Position numbers and translations under genes: made by a program. Shown here one piece after another: positions 50,486 to 60,092 of a stretch of 64,000 nt of DNA. Under the pieces are notes generated by a model, which had not been told where the DNA came from, made no database searches, and saw only the letters and a list, made by a program, of their open reading frames with translations. This DNA is from an uncultured Thermococci archaeon (GTDB taxonomy: Archaea; CAYQAE01; CAYVLA01), in contig CAZJVP010000020.1 in NCBI GenBank assembly GCA_964549615.1, positions 64,001-128,000 on the forward strand. Direction: 5' to 3'. How positions within the stretch are numbered: the stretch's first letter is position 1; each line of letters opens with the position of its first letter.

Positions 50486-50632
50486 CCGCGGCGGCTCCCG
50501 CGTCTCAAAAGATTGGCAATCCTCTTATATTTTTTCCAAGATCCAGCGCGCAATGGCAGCCACGATTCGCGCGACAGGGACCGCCGGTTGGCTACCGTCA
50601 CGACCTAAGAATGGGGCCCTCGACGAGCGAGG

Positions 50633-51625
50633 TCAGTGGTCGGCCGATTCCCCGCCTTTCCGATGGGCCAAGAAGCTCCACCGAATCATCGCCGCGATGC
50701 AGATCAGGCCCAAGGCCCAGAAGATGCCGAGGAGGACCATCCTGCGCATTCTCTGAGATCGAGCCCTGCCTTGGGAGCGGGCGAGAAGCTCATCCTGCGT
50801 CTTCTCCCGTTGGGCGACCACTTCATGGTAGTTCGCTGAGTACGCATGGAAGCGTACATTGCCCTCGCAGACCCAGCGGTAAGCATCGGCCAACAGAACC
50901 TGGAACTCGGGCTGCTCCAGGAGCTTGCCGTAGTAACTCTCCGCGGTGGGCTGTTCCCTCAAGAAAAGGCCCGTGAAGGTGGCCGACCGTCCCCCGCGCT
51001 CACCCTCATAGGCGATCACAAGCGGTGCCCCGGTCTTCTTCTCCCGGAACAGCACCGTCCTTTTCCCTGGCAGAGCTTGCACATCGACGAGCTTCTTGTC
51101 CTGGTCACTGGCATAGGCGAAGAACTGCCCTACGACGTCGAAACTGTCCGGAAGCCCGTCTGCGAAGCCTTCCAGGCGATCGGCCCTCACGTACTCATTC
51201 ACGTATGTGCCAGCCTTCCTCACGCCGCTCCCCGTGGTGTTGCCGAAGGCCGGGAAGACCAACCTGGCCAGGTCGCCCACCTGCGTCTGCCACGAACAAC
51301 CGTAGAAGCCGATGGCCGAGCCGCCGCTGCGGAAGTACTCGGTGACTGGTTCGACCAACGCCGTCAGATCGCCGGGGGCAACGGAGGTCAGGATCAAACA
51401 CTTGACGTTAGGGAGCGCTAGGAGGGACCCCACGAGGCTGGGATCGCTGGCCACGATGATCTCCTCCCCCTGAACGCACGAGGCGTTGAGAGCTGCCGCG
51501 ACCCCTTGCGCAAGGACCCTCATGCTCCCGTCGTAAACCACGATGATTGGCCGGAACTCTGCACAGAGGGATGGGGATATGAGTAAAAACGACGCCGCCC
51601 AGAGACAGAACGCTGCGCCCCTCAC
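50633..51625 (-). CDS. Family C copy 2: secreted ThuA/GATase-like fold protein with C-terminal TM
   Basis: Signal peptide, YFRSGGSAIG, PAFGNTT, GLPD, VIAYEGERGGRS, PEFQVLL..RW, TM. Confidence 0.7.
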   Translation of the reverse strand: MRGAAFCLWAASFLLISPSLCAEFRPIIVVYDGSMRVLAQGVAAALNASCVQGEEIIVASDPSLVGSLLALPNVKCLILTSVAPGDLTALVEPVTEYFRSGGSAIGFYGCSWQTQVGDLARLVFPAFGNTTGSGVRKAGTYVNEYVRADRLEGFADGLPDSFDVVGQFFAYASDQDKKLVDVQALPGKRTVLFREKKTGAPLVIAYEGERGGRSATFTGLFLREQPTAESYYGKLLEQPEFQVLLADAYRWVCEGNVRFHAYSANYHEVVAQREKTQDELLARSQGRARSQRMRRMVLLGIFWALGLICIAAMIRWSFLAHRKGGESADH

Positions 51626-52470
51626 TGCTTCACCCCCCTCTGCATCGGGTCCATCAACACGGCCTCCAGCGCGCCGTCGCAGTAGCCGGTGACCAGCTCA
51701 ATCAGGTATCTCTCGGGCGCCCAGGTCACGATCTGACGGAGGCCGTCTTCCGGGATATCGATCGTGAAGGATACCGAGAACCTTTCGTCTCTCTTAACGG
51801 CCTCGAAAACGAGGACGCCGTCCGCGGGCGCCTCCGATATGCGCGGCAATTGTTTCAGCATGGTGCCGGGCCTGACGTACTCCTTCTTCTCAGTGCCCCG
51901 AGAGATCGTGAGGTACTGCAGGCTCCGCTCCGGCTCCATGAAGAACCCGGGGTAGCCCTCAAAGTAGCGCACCTGGTCGCCCCTCACGAGCATCGCAAAG
52001 ACGAGCGGCAGCTTTGACATCATGGACCTATTGTTGAATGCCTCAAGGAACCTGGAGAAATCCGCGATCGTGGCTCTGTACCTAGTCCCGTTCAGTTCGG
52101 CGTCCCTTTCGATGATTTCGGCATATCCTCCCAACGCCGCCACGTAGCTTTCGAGCTTGGCAACGTTAGGTAGGTCACGTAGGTCCACCGATCCGGAGGC
52201 GTTCGCGCCAAGATCCTTCTCGTACAGGGACGAGAAGCGCAGCTCCACCCTCTCGAAGTCTCTCGTTGCCATGAAGGAAAACGACAGCTCGCTGTCAAGA
52301 CCCATGGCTTGCGCGCGCTTGACCAGCGCCAGGGGATACTCGTTCGCGAGCACCAACAACGCGTCCTCTTCCTTCGGCTTCACGATCGTGGCCACAAGCA
52401 GCGTGGAAAGTATCACGGATGAGGCGATTATGGCCCCAAGACGTGGATCAATCCTCGGCAAGTTCGCCAT
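51622..52470 (-). CDS. Family B copy 2: N-terminally anchored hypothetical protein
   Basis: Paralog of 25678-26559. ATG 52470 with AGGAGG upstream; overlaps the family C start. Confidence 0.7.
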   Translation of the reverse strand: MANLPRIDPRLGAIIASSVILSTLLVATIVKPKEEDALLVLANEYPLALVKRAQAMGLDSELSFSFMATRDFERVELRFSSLYEKDLGANASGSVDLRDLPNVAKLESYVAALGGYAEIIERDAELNGTRYRATIADFSRFLEAFNNRSMMSKLPLVFAMLVRGDQVRYFEGYPGFFMEPERSLQYLTISRGTEKKEYVRPGTMLKQLPRISEAPADGVLVFEAVKRDERFSVSFTIDIPEDGLRQIVTWAPERYLIELVTGYCDGALEAVLMDPMQRGVKQ

Positions 52471-52492
52471 CCTCCTAGACCCGAACCCTAGC

Positions 52493-53725
52493 TCACACCC
52501 TCTCAAGCCGCGTGAGTCGAACTTCGGCATACATCTTCCTACGGACCATCAGCGTATAAAGCAGGAAGCCGCACAGCAGGAACGTTCCCGTCACGGAAGC
52601 CCACTCGATCAGATAGACGTTGAAGAGCGCCTTCCTCGCCAGCGCCCTCGCCTCGTCCACCTTCTCGTTGACGAGCCTCATGGCGTTTTCGTAGGCCTCC
52701 AGCGCGGATGCGTATTCGCCCGAGAAATAAAGCCTGTCCGCCTCAGCCCTCGCTCTATCGCAGTCGATCGCCGCAGCCGTAACGGCAGCGAAGTTGCCCC
52801 CAAAGCTGTCAACGATCTCAACCATCGAGTCAAGCGTCGAACGGACGTCCCAGTACTGCCTCGCCCTGCGCCTTATCATGTAGACGACGTCAAGATCGTC
52901 AGGAAGCCTTCTTCCCGCGGTGAACATCACCATGTTTATGGCGAAGTCCGGGTAGTACTCCCAGGTCATGAAGATCATCCCCCCGGCAGGAGTCCAATCC
53001 GTGGTCATCGAGAAGCCCCTTCCCTTGCCGACATCCCACCAAGCCAGGTGCGGTATCCTTCCGTAGCTGAAGGTCTCACCCTCGGCGACTAGGTGCGAGG
53101 TTTGCTTCAGCACCGTGAGGTGCCCCTCGCTGAAGACGCCCTTCGTCCCCAGCGTATCCCACGGCAGGCTCTTTCCGAACTCGCCCTCGCGGTCAACGAT
53201 GACCATCCGGATTGATTGGTCGCAGTACCGGTGATCCAGCATTTCGACCGGCAGTACCTCGGCCACGGTCGTGGTGCTCCAGCTTGGCATCACCGTTCCC
53301 CTCCCCTCGTAGCTCTCGGCGCCGCCTATCATGATGATGCCAAGCCCGCTATCTGTGACGGCCTCGCTCATCCAGCTTATCTCAGCTGGCCTGAAGACGT
53401 CCTTGTTCGCATCGCTGAGGATTATGACGTCGAAGCCGTTCTTCAGCCGATCGGGAGTTCGTGGCATGTAATACCTCATCTGCTTGTTGATGAGATCATA
53501 GGTGGCGTGGAAGGTGCAGGCCGTGACGGGGGTGGCGACGAAGCTCGGCTCCAGTTTCATATAGGGAAAAGGGCTTCTGGCGGTGATCGCATCCCCCAGA
53601 TACAAGACTCGAATCTTGCCGGTCTGGGGATCGGACCTCATCTCCCTGGCCTGGCTTCCGCTTGTCGCCAGCATCAGGACACATGCCAAAGTAAGTCCGG
53701 TTGCCAGACTCCTTTGCACGGGCAT
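52493..53725 (-). CDS. Family A copy 5: membrane-anchored GATase1-like surface protein
   Basis: RSDPQTGKIRVLYLGD, RYYMPRT, FDVIILSDA, GLGIIMIGGAESY, DWTPAGG, DSFGGN, VYLIEWASV. ATG 53725 with TATATA upstream. Confidence 0.85.
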   Translation of the reverse strand: MPVQRSLATGLTLACVLMLATSGSQAREMRSDPQTGKIRVLYLGDAITARSPFPYMKLEPSFVATPVTACTFHATYDLINKQMRYYMPRTPDRLKNGFDVIILSDANKDVFRPAEISWMSEAVTDSGLGIIMIGGAESYEGRGTVMPSWSTTTVAEVLPVEMLDHRYCDQSIRMVIVDREGEFGKSLPWDTLGTKGVFSEGHLTVLKQTSHLVAEGETFSYGRIPHLAWWDVGKGRGFSMTTDWTPAGGMIFMTWEYYPDFAINMVMFTAGRRLPDDLDVVYMIRRRARQYWDVRSTLDSMVEIVDSFGGNFAAVTAAAIDCDRARAEADRLYFSGEYASALEAYENAMRLVNEKVDEARALARKALFNVYLIEWASVTGTFLLCGFLLYTLMVRRKMYAEVRLTRLERV

Positions 53726-54279
53726 GGTTTGGGACGGATCCTGGATATATATCCAACCCCTGAAGCCCGGAACCCAAGCCCGTCCGAAGTTGCAAGGAAA
53801 GGGCGCGATCAACCCGGTAGGTTGCGATTTGCCGAAGCCGGCTGCACATCGAGGTTGTCCGCCATGAGGTTCTGCCCGGATGCTTACACAGTCCACATTC
53901 CGTACGTACCGGGGAATAGCAGACTGTCCGGATTACAAACTCCCTTTGGGGAGGTTAGGTAGGGCGTCTCTGCAAACGGTTGCGCCTGGACCTGAGGATC
54001 CGAGCTGGCGGTTGCCCCGGCAAGAGGTGCACCACGCGGCACATTGGCTTCGACCTTCTTCCGACGTATCTCATAAGGGCTTAGCGGCCATTTGCCTTAG
54101 AGTTCCTCGATGGACACCTCCAACTTGGCAATTCTCGCAGCGTGGGTGAACGGTGACCCACGCCTAAGGGGCTGGCGACCGATGATTTCCTACGTGACCG
54201 CCACAGGCGTGCCGATTCTTGTGCCGCAGAAGTTGCGGACGAGTTCTGCGTCTACTGGAGGGTGTTGCCCTCCGTCCGT

Positions 54280-54788
54280 GGCCTGAACGCCACAGGACCG
54301 ATATGATGGCGAACGTCGTGCTGTATTCGCTCGACCTGCCGTTGGTCTTAGACGTTCGCGCAAGACGCGAGGCCGGCTTCCCATGTCAGACCTCAGAGCC
54401 CAGGAATCGCTGGTGGCCTCCATGATTGAGTACGCCGAGAAGTTCGGAGCCAACACCGTTCCGCTATCCGAGCGGGTCTCGAAGTCGGGCGCCGAGATGG
54501 GAACCGCCAAGCAGCACTATCTTGATCAGGAGTACGACAGCGCGATCACATCATGGACTCGATAACCTCGGCGATGGCCGAATAACCAGGGAAGCCGTGG
54601 ATTTGAAGAACGCGGCGATGCGGTGGGTTTTTCTGTCCGAGTGGCTGGTCGTCACGGGGACTTTCTGCATTTCCGGCATCTCTGTGTGGAGCCTTATGGT
54701 TCGTCGGAAGGCCTACAGGGCCGCCGCCACCACCCGCGTTTCCCCTGCGTACAGAGGCAGGGGGATATGGTCTGAGGAGAAGCGGTAG
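54280..54788 (+). pseudogene. Family A pseudogene (C-terminal part, two frameshifts)
   Basis: Three frames give DMMANVVLYS.. / SMIEYAEKFGANT..HYLDQEYD / DLKNAAMRWVFLSEWLVVTGTFCISG..SLMVRRK. Confidence 0.8.
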
Positions 54789-54789
54789 G

Positions 54790-55626
54790 TCAAGGCGGCC
54801 TTCTCCGGTAGTAGAAGGGTGGAGGCTTCTTCCTCTCCTCCTCCAGAAATGCTAGGATCCCGTCCGCGCCCCCTCCCGATCGCGCCAACACAGCCAGACG
54901 CCCATCAAGCCTTCCGACGTCCAAGACCGCGGCGGACGCGGGGTTGAAGCGCTCAAGCTCCTCGTCAGCCAAAGGCTGTGCTATCAGACCCGTGGCTTCA
55001 TGTAGAGAGAAGGGCAACCTCTGTACCCCTTGGCTGGTGCCATAGTAGCGCTTCGGATGCATGACGCACCTCAACAGGTCCTCGGGGCACTGCTCGCCCG
55101 CCTTCCGGATCAGAAAGTGCTTAAGGTTTAGAAACAGCCTAGGGGCGACTGCCAGGAAGGGCCGTCCGTCGATCCGGTCAGGGAAGGCCGACGATGGGAT
55201 GTGGACGTGAAAGCCGCTGGAACCACTGAACTTGACCCAGTGAGGGACATCCAATTCCTCGAGGACGCCCGCGATGGATGCGGCGACCCTTCGCGCCGGC
55301 TCCAGGGATGTCCTGCCATCTATGTCCAAGAAGAAGTTGAAGGAGTCCTTTGTGCCCTCATCGCCGAACTGGGATGGCGGCCTCGCGTAGCCCGCGTGCG
55401 TCGCATGCAATCCAGGATAGCCTTGGGAAAGCGCCGGCAGGCCTTCCAGCAGCTTTCGAAACCCTTCCCTGCTGGAAGGGAATAGAGGCTTTGTGAACGA
55501 ACTCTCGATCTCGTCTTTCGCATAGTTGACAACGATGCCCCTTCCCCTAGCCACCCGGAACATCGCTTCTAGGATCTCAGCCGTACTGGCTAGGTATGAG
55601 TAGGGACCCTGGCCCAAATTCGGCAA
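54790..55626 (-). CDS. Archaeo-eukaryotic primase (AEP) superfamily protein
   Basis: Motif I LDID, motif II FSGSSGFHV, RLPFSLHEATG. Confidence 0.8.
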   Translation of the reverse strand: MPNLGQGPYSYLASTAEILEAMFRVARGRGIVVNYAKDEIESSFTKPLFPSSREGFRKLLEGLPALSQGYPGLHATHAGYARPPSQFGDEGTKDSFNFFLDIDGRTSLEPARRVAASIAGVLEELDVPHWVKFSGSSGFHVHIPSSAFPDRIDGRPFLAVAPRLFLNLKHFLIRKAGEQCPEDLLRCVMHPKRYYGTSQGVQRLPFSLHEATGLIAQPLADEELERFNPASAAVLDVGRLDGRLAVLARSGGGADGILAFLEEERKKPPPFYYRRRPP

Positions 55627-55709
55627 GGGTCAGACCTCCCCTTCCTCCTGAATAGCAGGCCAGCTAAAAAAATGCTGACCTGTGCTCCGCTCTCCGCACT
55701 CCTAGCGCA

Positions 55710-56765
<1,056 letters not shown>

Positions 56766-56990
56766 TCATCGACCACGGGCTGCGAGCGGCAACGATCCCT
56801 TCCCCCAAACGCACCTCGATTCCTGCGCCGTCACTCCTCTTCGGAGATTCGACTCCGACGTCCTCAGCGGGACAGCCTCTCAGGGGTGCAGAAGCCAACC
56901 ACGGGCATAGGGACGGGACCCAGACGGGCGGTAAGGGACCAAAGCTTGCGGCAGACGAAGACGAAGCCAAGGCCTCTCGGCACGCGATGC

Positions 56991-57989
56991 CTAGCATGCT
57001 CGCAGGCCCAGTTCTTGCTTGATCCTAACCTCAAGCATCGCTCGTACGACTTCGAAAAGCTTGCGAGTGTCAACCAAACGCACCTCGGCGCCGCCGATCA
57101 TGCCCTTGACCTGGCCGCCCCGATCGTCCAGAGGTCCATCGACCTTGCGGAAATCTCCCAGGAACTCCTTCCAAGACTCGGGCAACTCCACCCCGCAGTC
57201 ACGAACTGCCACCCACTCCGCCACGTGTATCGTTGAGTTGACGCTGTGATCGACACCGATGAGCAGTATCTTTCCCCCCGCCTCCATCATCCTGTAAAGC
57301 GGATGATCCTCAAGCCTCTGTCCGGGTCTGTTGTCGTGTCCCTCCAGGATTCTGTTCGCCAGCTTCCCCCAGGCCGCAAATGAGCCTGAGTACTGGTGGC
57401 TCCTGATGGTCCCGGGACGCCGCCAGAAGGTGTCAGGAATGATTCCGGTCCAGGCCGGCATCCTCCATGGCCTAACTTCTTCGGCAGGAAGGGGCGGAGC
57501 ATTCCGGACGAGCTTGACGTCGGTCGAGCCCGTGAAAGTCGAACCCTCGAAGTGCATCTCCCATCCGTTCCGGTCCATGATGCGCTTCCTCTCGCCCAGA
57601 AAACGCCGGTAGAGGTCTTCCACGGACGCGAACGGATACCTGATTCCGGCCTCCTCGGATATGGCCTTGAGCCGCTGCCACAAGGCTACTGCCTTGCCCT
57701 CGAAAACTATCCCTCGTCCGGAGCCTTCGGAGCCATTGATCCCGGCTTGGAGAGCAAGGGCCTCCAAGAAGTAGATCAGCTCCCCGCTGTAGGTTGGCAT
57801 AACCAGAGTTCCCTCAGGCGTCAACACTTCCTGCAGCGCATCTATCACTGCATCGGCGCCTCCCACCACGTACCCCAGACTGCTGAGGCGGCTATGGACA
57901 ACGACGTGATCCCCAGAAGCCAGCCCCATGGATCGTAGTCCCGAGGCAATTTCCTGCTTTCCGACGACCACCCCTCGCCCACCGGCCAT
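56991..57989 (-). CDS. AAC(3)/YokD family N-acetyltransferase with internal insertion
   Basis: VVVHSRLSSLGYVVGGA, GTLVMPTYS, RSH..SFAAWG, GKILLIGV..NSTIHVAE. Confidence 0.85.
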   Translation of the reverse strand: MAGGRGVVVGKQEIASGLRSMGLASGDHVVVHSRLSSLGYVVGGADAVIDALQEVLTPEGTLVMPTYSGELIYFLEALALQAGINGSEGSGRGIVFEGKAVALWQRLKAISEEAGIRYPFASVEDLYRRFLGERKRIMDRNGWEMHFEGSTFTGSTDVKLVRNAPPLPAEEVRPWRMPAWTGIIPDTFWRRPGTIRSHQYSGSFAAWGKLANRILEGHDNRPGQRLEDHPLYRMMEAGGKILLIGVDHSVNSTIHVAEWVAVRDCGVELPESWKEFLGDFRKVDGPLDDRGGQVKGMIGGAEVRLVDTRKLFEVVRAMLEVRIKQELGLRAC

Positions 57990-58337
57990 CGAATCCCTGC
58001 GGGTTCAAAGCGCCATATCACTTTTTCCCCAAGACGCCAAGCCAAAGGTCGGCCGCCACCAAGATCAGGGGCACCCTCAACGAGACTAACACGGTTGCCG
58101 CTCGCGGTCATCCTCGTTCTTGCCTTTTGAGCCCTCATGCCTTACACGCGATGCTCATTGCGATGCGGATAGTCGGCATCTAGATGGCCTGCGTCTAGGA
58201 CGCGATCATGCCACTGCCCACCGACCAGCTCACCGACCGGCATCATTCTGGGGCTGCAACCTCGATCGCCATCCTTTCGTCCCCTTCGGCGCACCAGCTG
58301 CTTACCGGCTTGTGCTCAGAAACCTTGCTCTTTTGAG

Positions 58338-58691
58338 CTAGTCAGCGCGCCTTCGCATTTGACCGAAACTCGGGCCGGTGCGCACGCGCCGAGCAGGATA
58401 GATTCCGAACGTCACCGTCCCACCATCTGTGTAAGGGTCCCCGGGGTCGGGACATTGCACGTATGCTACCCCGCCATCTGGCCCCAGCCCGAGGGAGGCC
58501 GGACTCATGCCCCGGCTTAAACAGGCCAGGAACGGAAGGATGGAGCCCAACGCGTGCGAACATAGGGCGTCGCTTCTACGCAGGTCAAGCCTATACCCCT
58601 GTCGGAAAATCATTCGATCGCCGGCCTTGTAGACTGGGCAGCGCCCTCGAATCCTCTCAACCTTAACCAACAGATCGCATCCCTTCTCCAT
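58338..58691 (-). CDS. TIGR04076-like Cys-containing small protein
   Basis: RGRCPVYKAGD, LCSHAL, VQCPDPG..GGTVTF. Confidence 0.75.
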   Translation of the reverse strand: MEKGCDLLVKVERIRGRCPVYKAGDRMIFRQGYRLDLRRSDALCSHALGSILPFLACLSRGMSPASLGLGPDGGVAYVQCPDPGDPYTDGGTVTFGIYPARRVRTGPSFGQMRRRAD

Positions 58692-58763
58692 GCAATTCCC
58701 CTCGCCGCCGCGCCCCAACGCGAAGCTGAAAAACGTTTTCAACCTCGGTGGCACCGGGGCTCC

Positions 58764-60071
58764 ATGAACGCGCCGTCCCTTTGTCCGAACGTCGATAGGA
58801 TTCGCACGATCCTCTCCAGCCAAGCCGTCGGAAAAGCGACGTCGATAAGGGGGTGGGTTCACCGGATCCGATGGAGCAAGAACGTGACCTTCGTGGTCGT
58901 GCGTGATCCGACGGGGATCATCCAGTGTACCGTTAAGCCAGACTGTCCCGACTTTGAGGCATCGAGGGACCTCACGATCGAATCATGCGTGGCCCTGGCC
59001 GGAGTGGTCAAAGAAGATGAGAGGGCACCGGGCGGGTTTGAAGTTTCGGTCTCCTCGCTCAAGGTCATCGGGAAGGCGCAGCCATTCCCCATAACCGAGG
59101 ACCAAAGCACTCCCTTGATCCTCGACAACAGCCATCTGTGGGTAAGGTCGCGGGAGATGACGAACGTGATGATAATCAATGACTCGGTGAACCGGGCGAT
59201 CAGGGAGTATTTCCGACAGCACGAGTTCTACCAAGTCGACCCCCCGATCCTAATAACGGCCGCGGTCGAGGGCGGATCCACCCTCTTCTCTTTGGACTAC
59301 TTCGGAATGAAGGCCTATTTGACCCAGAGCTCCCAGTTTTACCTTGAGGCCTTCATCCAGAGCTTGGAGAGGGTCTACTGCTGCGCCCCCTCCTTTAGAG
59401 CCGAGAAGTCCCGCACCCGGCGCCATCTCACCGAGTTCTGGCATCTGGAGGCCGAGGAGGCATTCTGCGACCTTTGGGGTTCGCTGAAGACGCAGGAGGA
59501 AATGATCGCACATGTCGCACAGTACGTCGCGAGGGAGAGGCCCAGAGAGCTGCGCGAGCTGGGAAGGGACCCGTCGTATCTTGATTCTATCGAAGCTCCC
59601 TTCGAGAAGATTCCCTACGACGAAGCTATCGCCATCGTCCAGAAGAAGGGACTTGAGATGGAGTACGGCCAGGACTTTGGCGTCGATCAGGAGAGGGCGC
59701 TCGTCGAAGAGTTCGATCGGCCCTTCTTCGTCCACAGCTTCCCGAGCGAGGCGAAAGCCTTCTACCACCGGCCGGACCCGAACAATCCCAAAGTCGTGCT
59801 TTGCGCCGATCTCCTCGCGCCGGAGGGAAACGGCGAGATCATCGGCGGCGGCGAGAGGATATATGAGCTCGACCTCCTGCTTCAAAGGATAGAACAGGCG
59901 GGGCTGAACCCGGCCGACTACGCTTGGTACGTGGATCTGCGGCGGTATGGCACATGCCCCCACGCGGGGTTCGGGCTGGGGGTTGCGCGGCTGGTGAAGT
60001 GGTTCTGCAAGCTCGACCACATCAGGCAGGCCGTACCGTTTCCCAGGACGATCAACCGTATCTATCCCTGA
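58764..60071 (+). CDS. asnS: Asparagine--tRNA ligase
   Basis: OB-fold IRGWVH, YLTQSSQFYLE, FRAEKSRTRRHLTEFWH, GEIIGGGER, WYVDLRRYG..PHAGFGLG. Confidence 0.93.
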   Translation: MNAPSLCPNVDRIRTILSSQAVGKATSIRGWVHRIRWSKNVTFVVVRDPTGIIQCTVKPDCPDFEASRDLTIESCVALAGVVKEDERAPGGFEVSVSSLKVIGKAQPFPITEDQSTPLILDNSHLWVRSREMTNVMIINDSVNRAIREYFRQHEFYQVDPPILITAAVEGGSTLFSLDYFGMKAYLTQSSQFYLEAFIQSLERVYCCAPSFRAEKSRTRRHLTEFWHLEAEEAFCDLWGSLKTQEEMIAHVAQYVARERPRELRELGRDPSYLDSIEAPFEKIPYDEAIAIVQKKGLEMEYGQDFGVDQERALVEEFDRPFFVHSFPSEAKAFYHRPDPNNPKVVLCADLLAPEGNGEIIGGGERIYELDLLLQRIEQAGLNPADYAWYVDLRRYGTCPHAGFGLGVARLVKWFCKLDHIRQAVPFPRTINRIYP

Positions 60072-60092
60072 AGACAAGTTAGGGCACGAGTC

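Noticed and set aside
11304-54788. Integrated element (provirus/ICE) at tRNA-Glu
   Set aside because: No integrase and no duplicated tRNA 3' end (attR) found by eye; accessory genes are interleaved with ordinary archaeal genes
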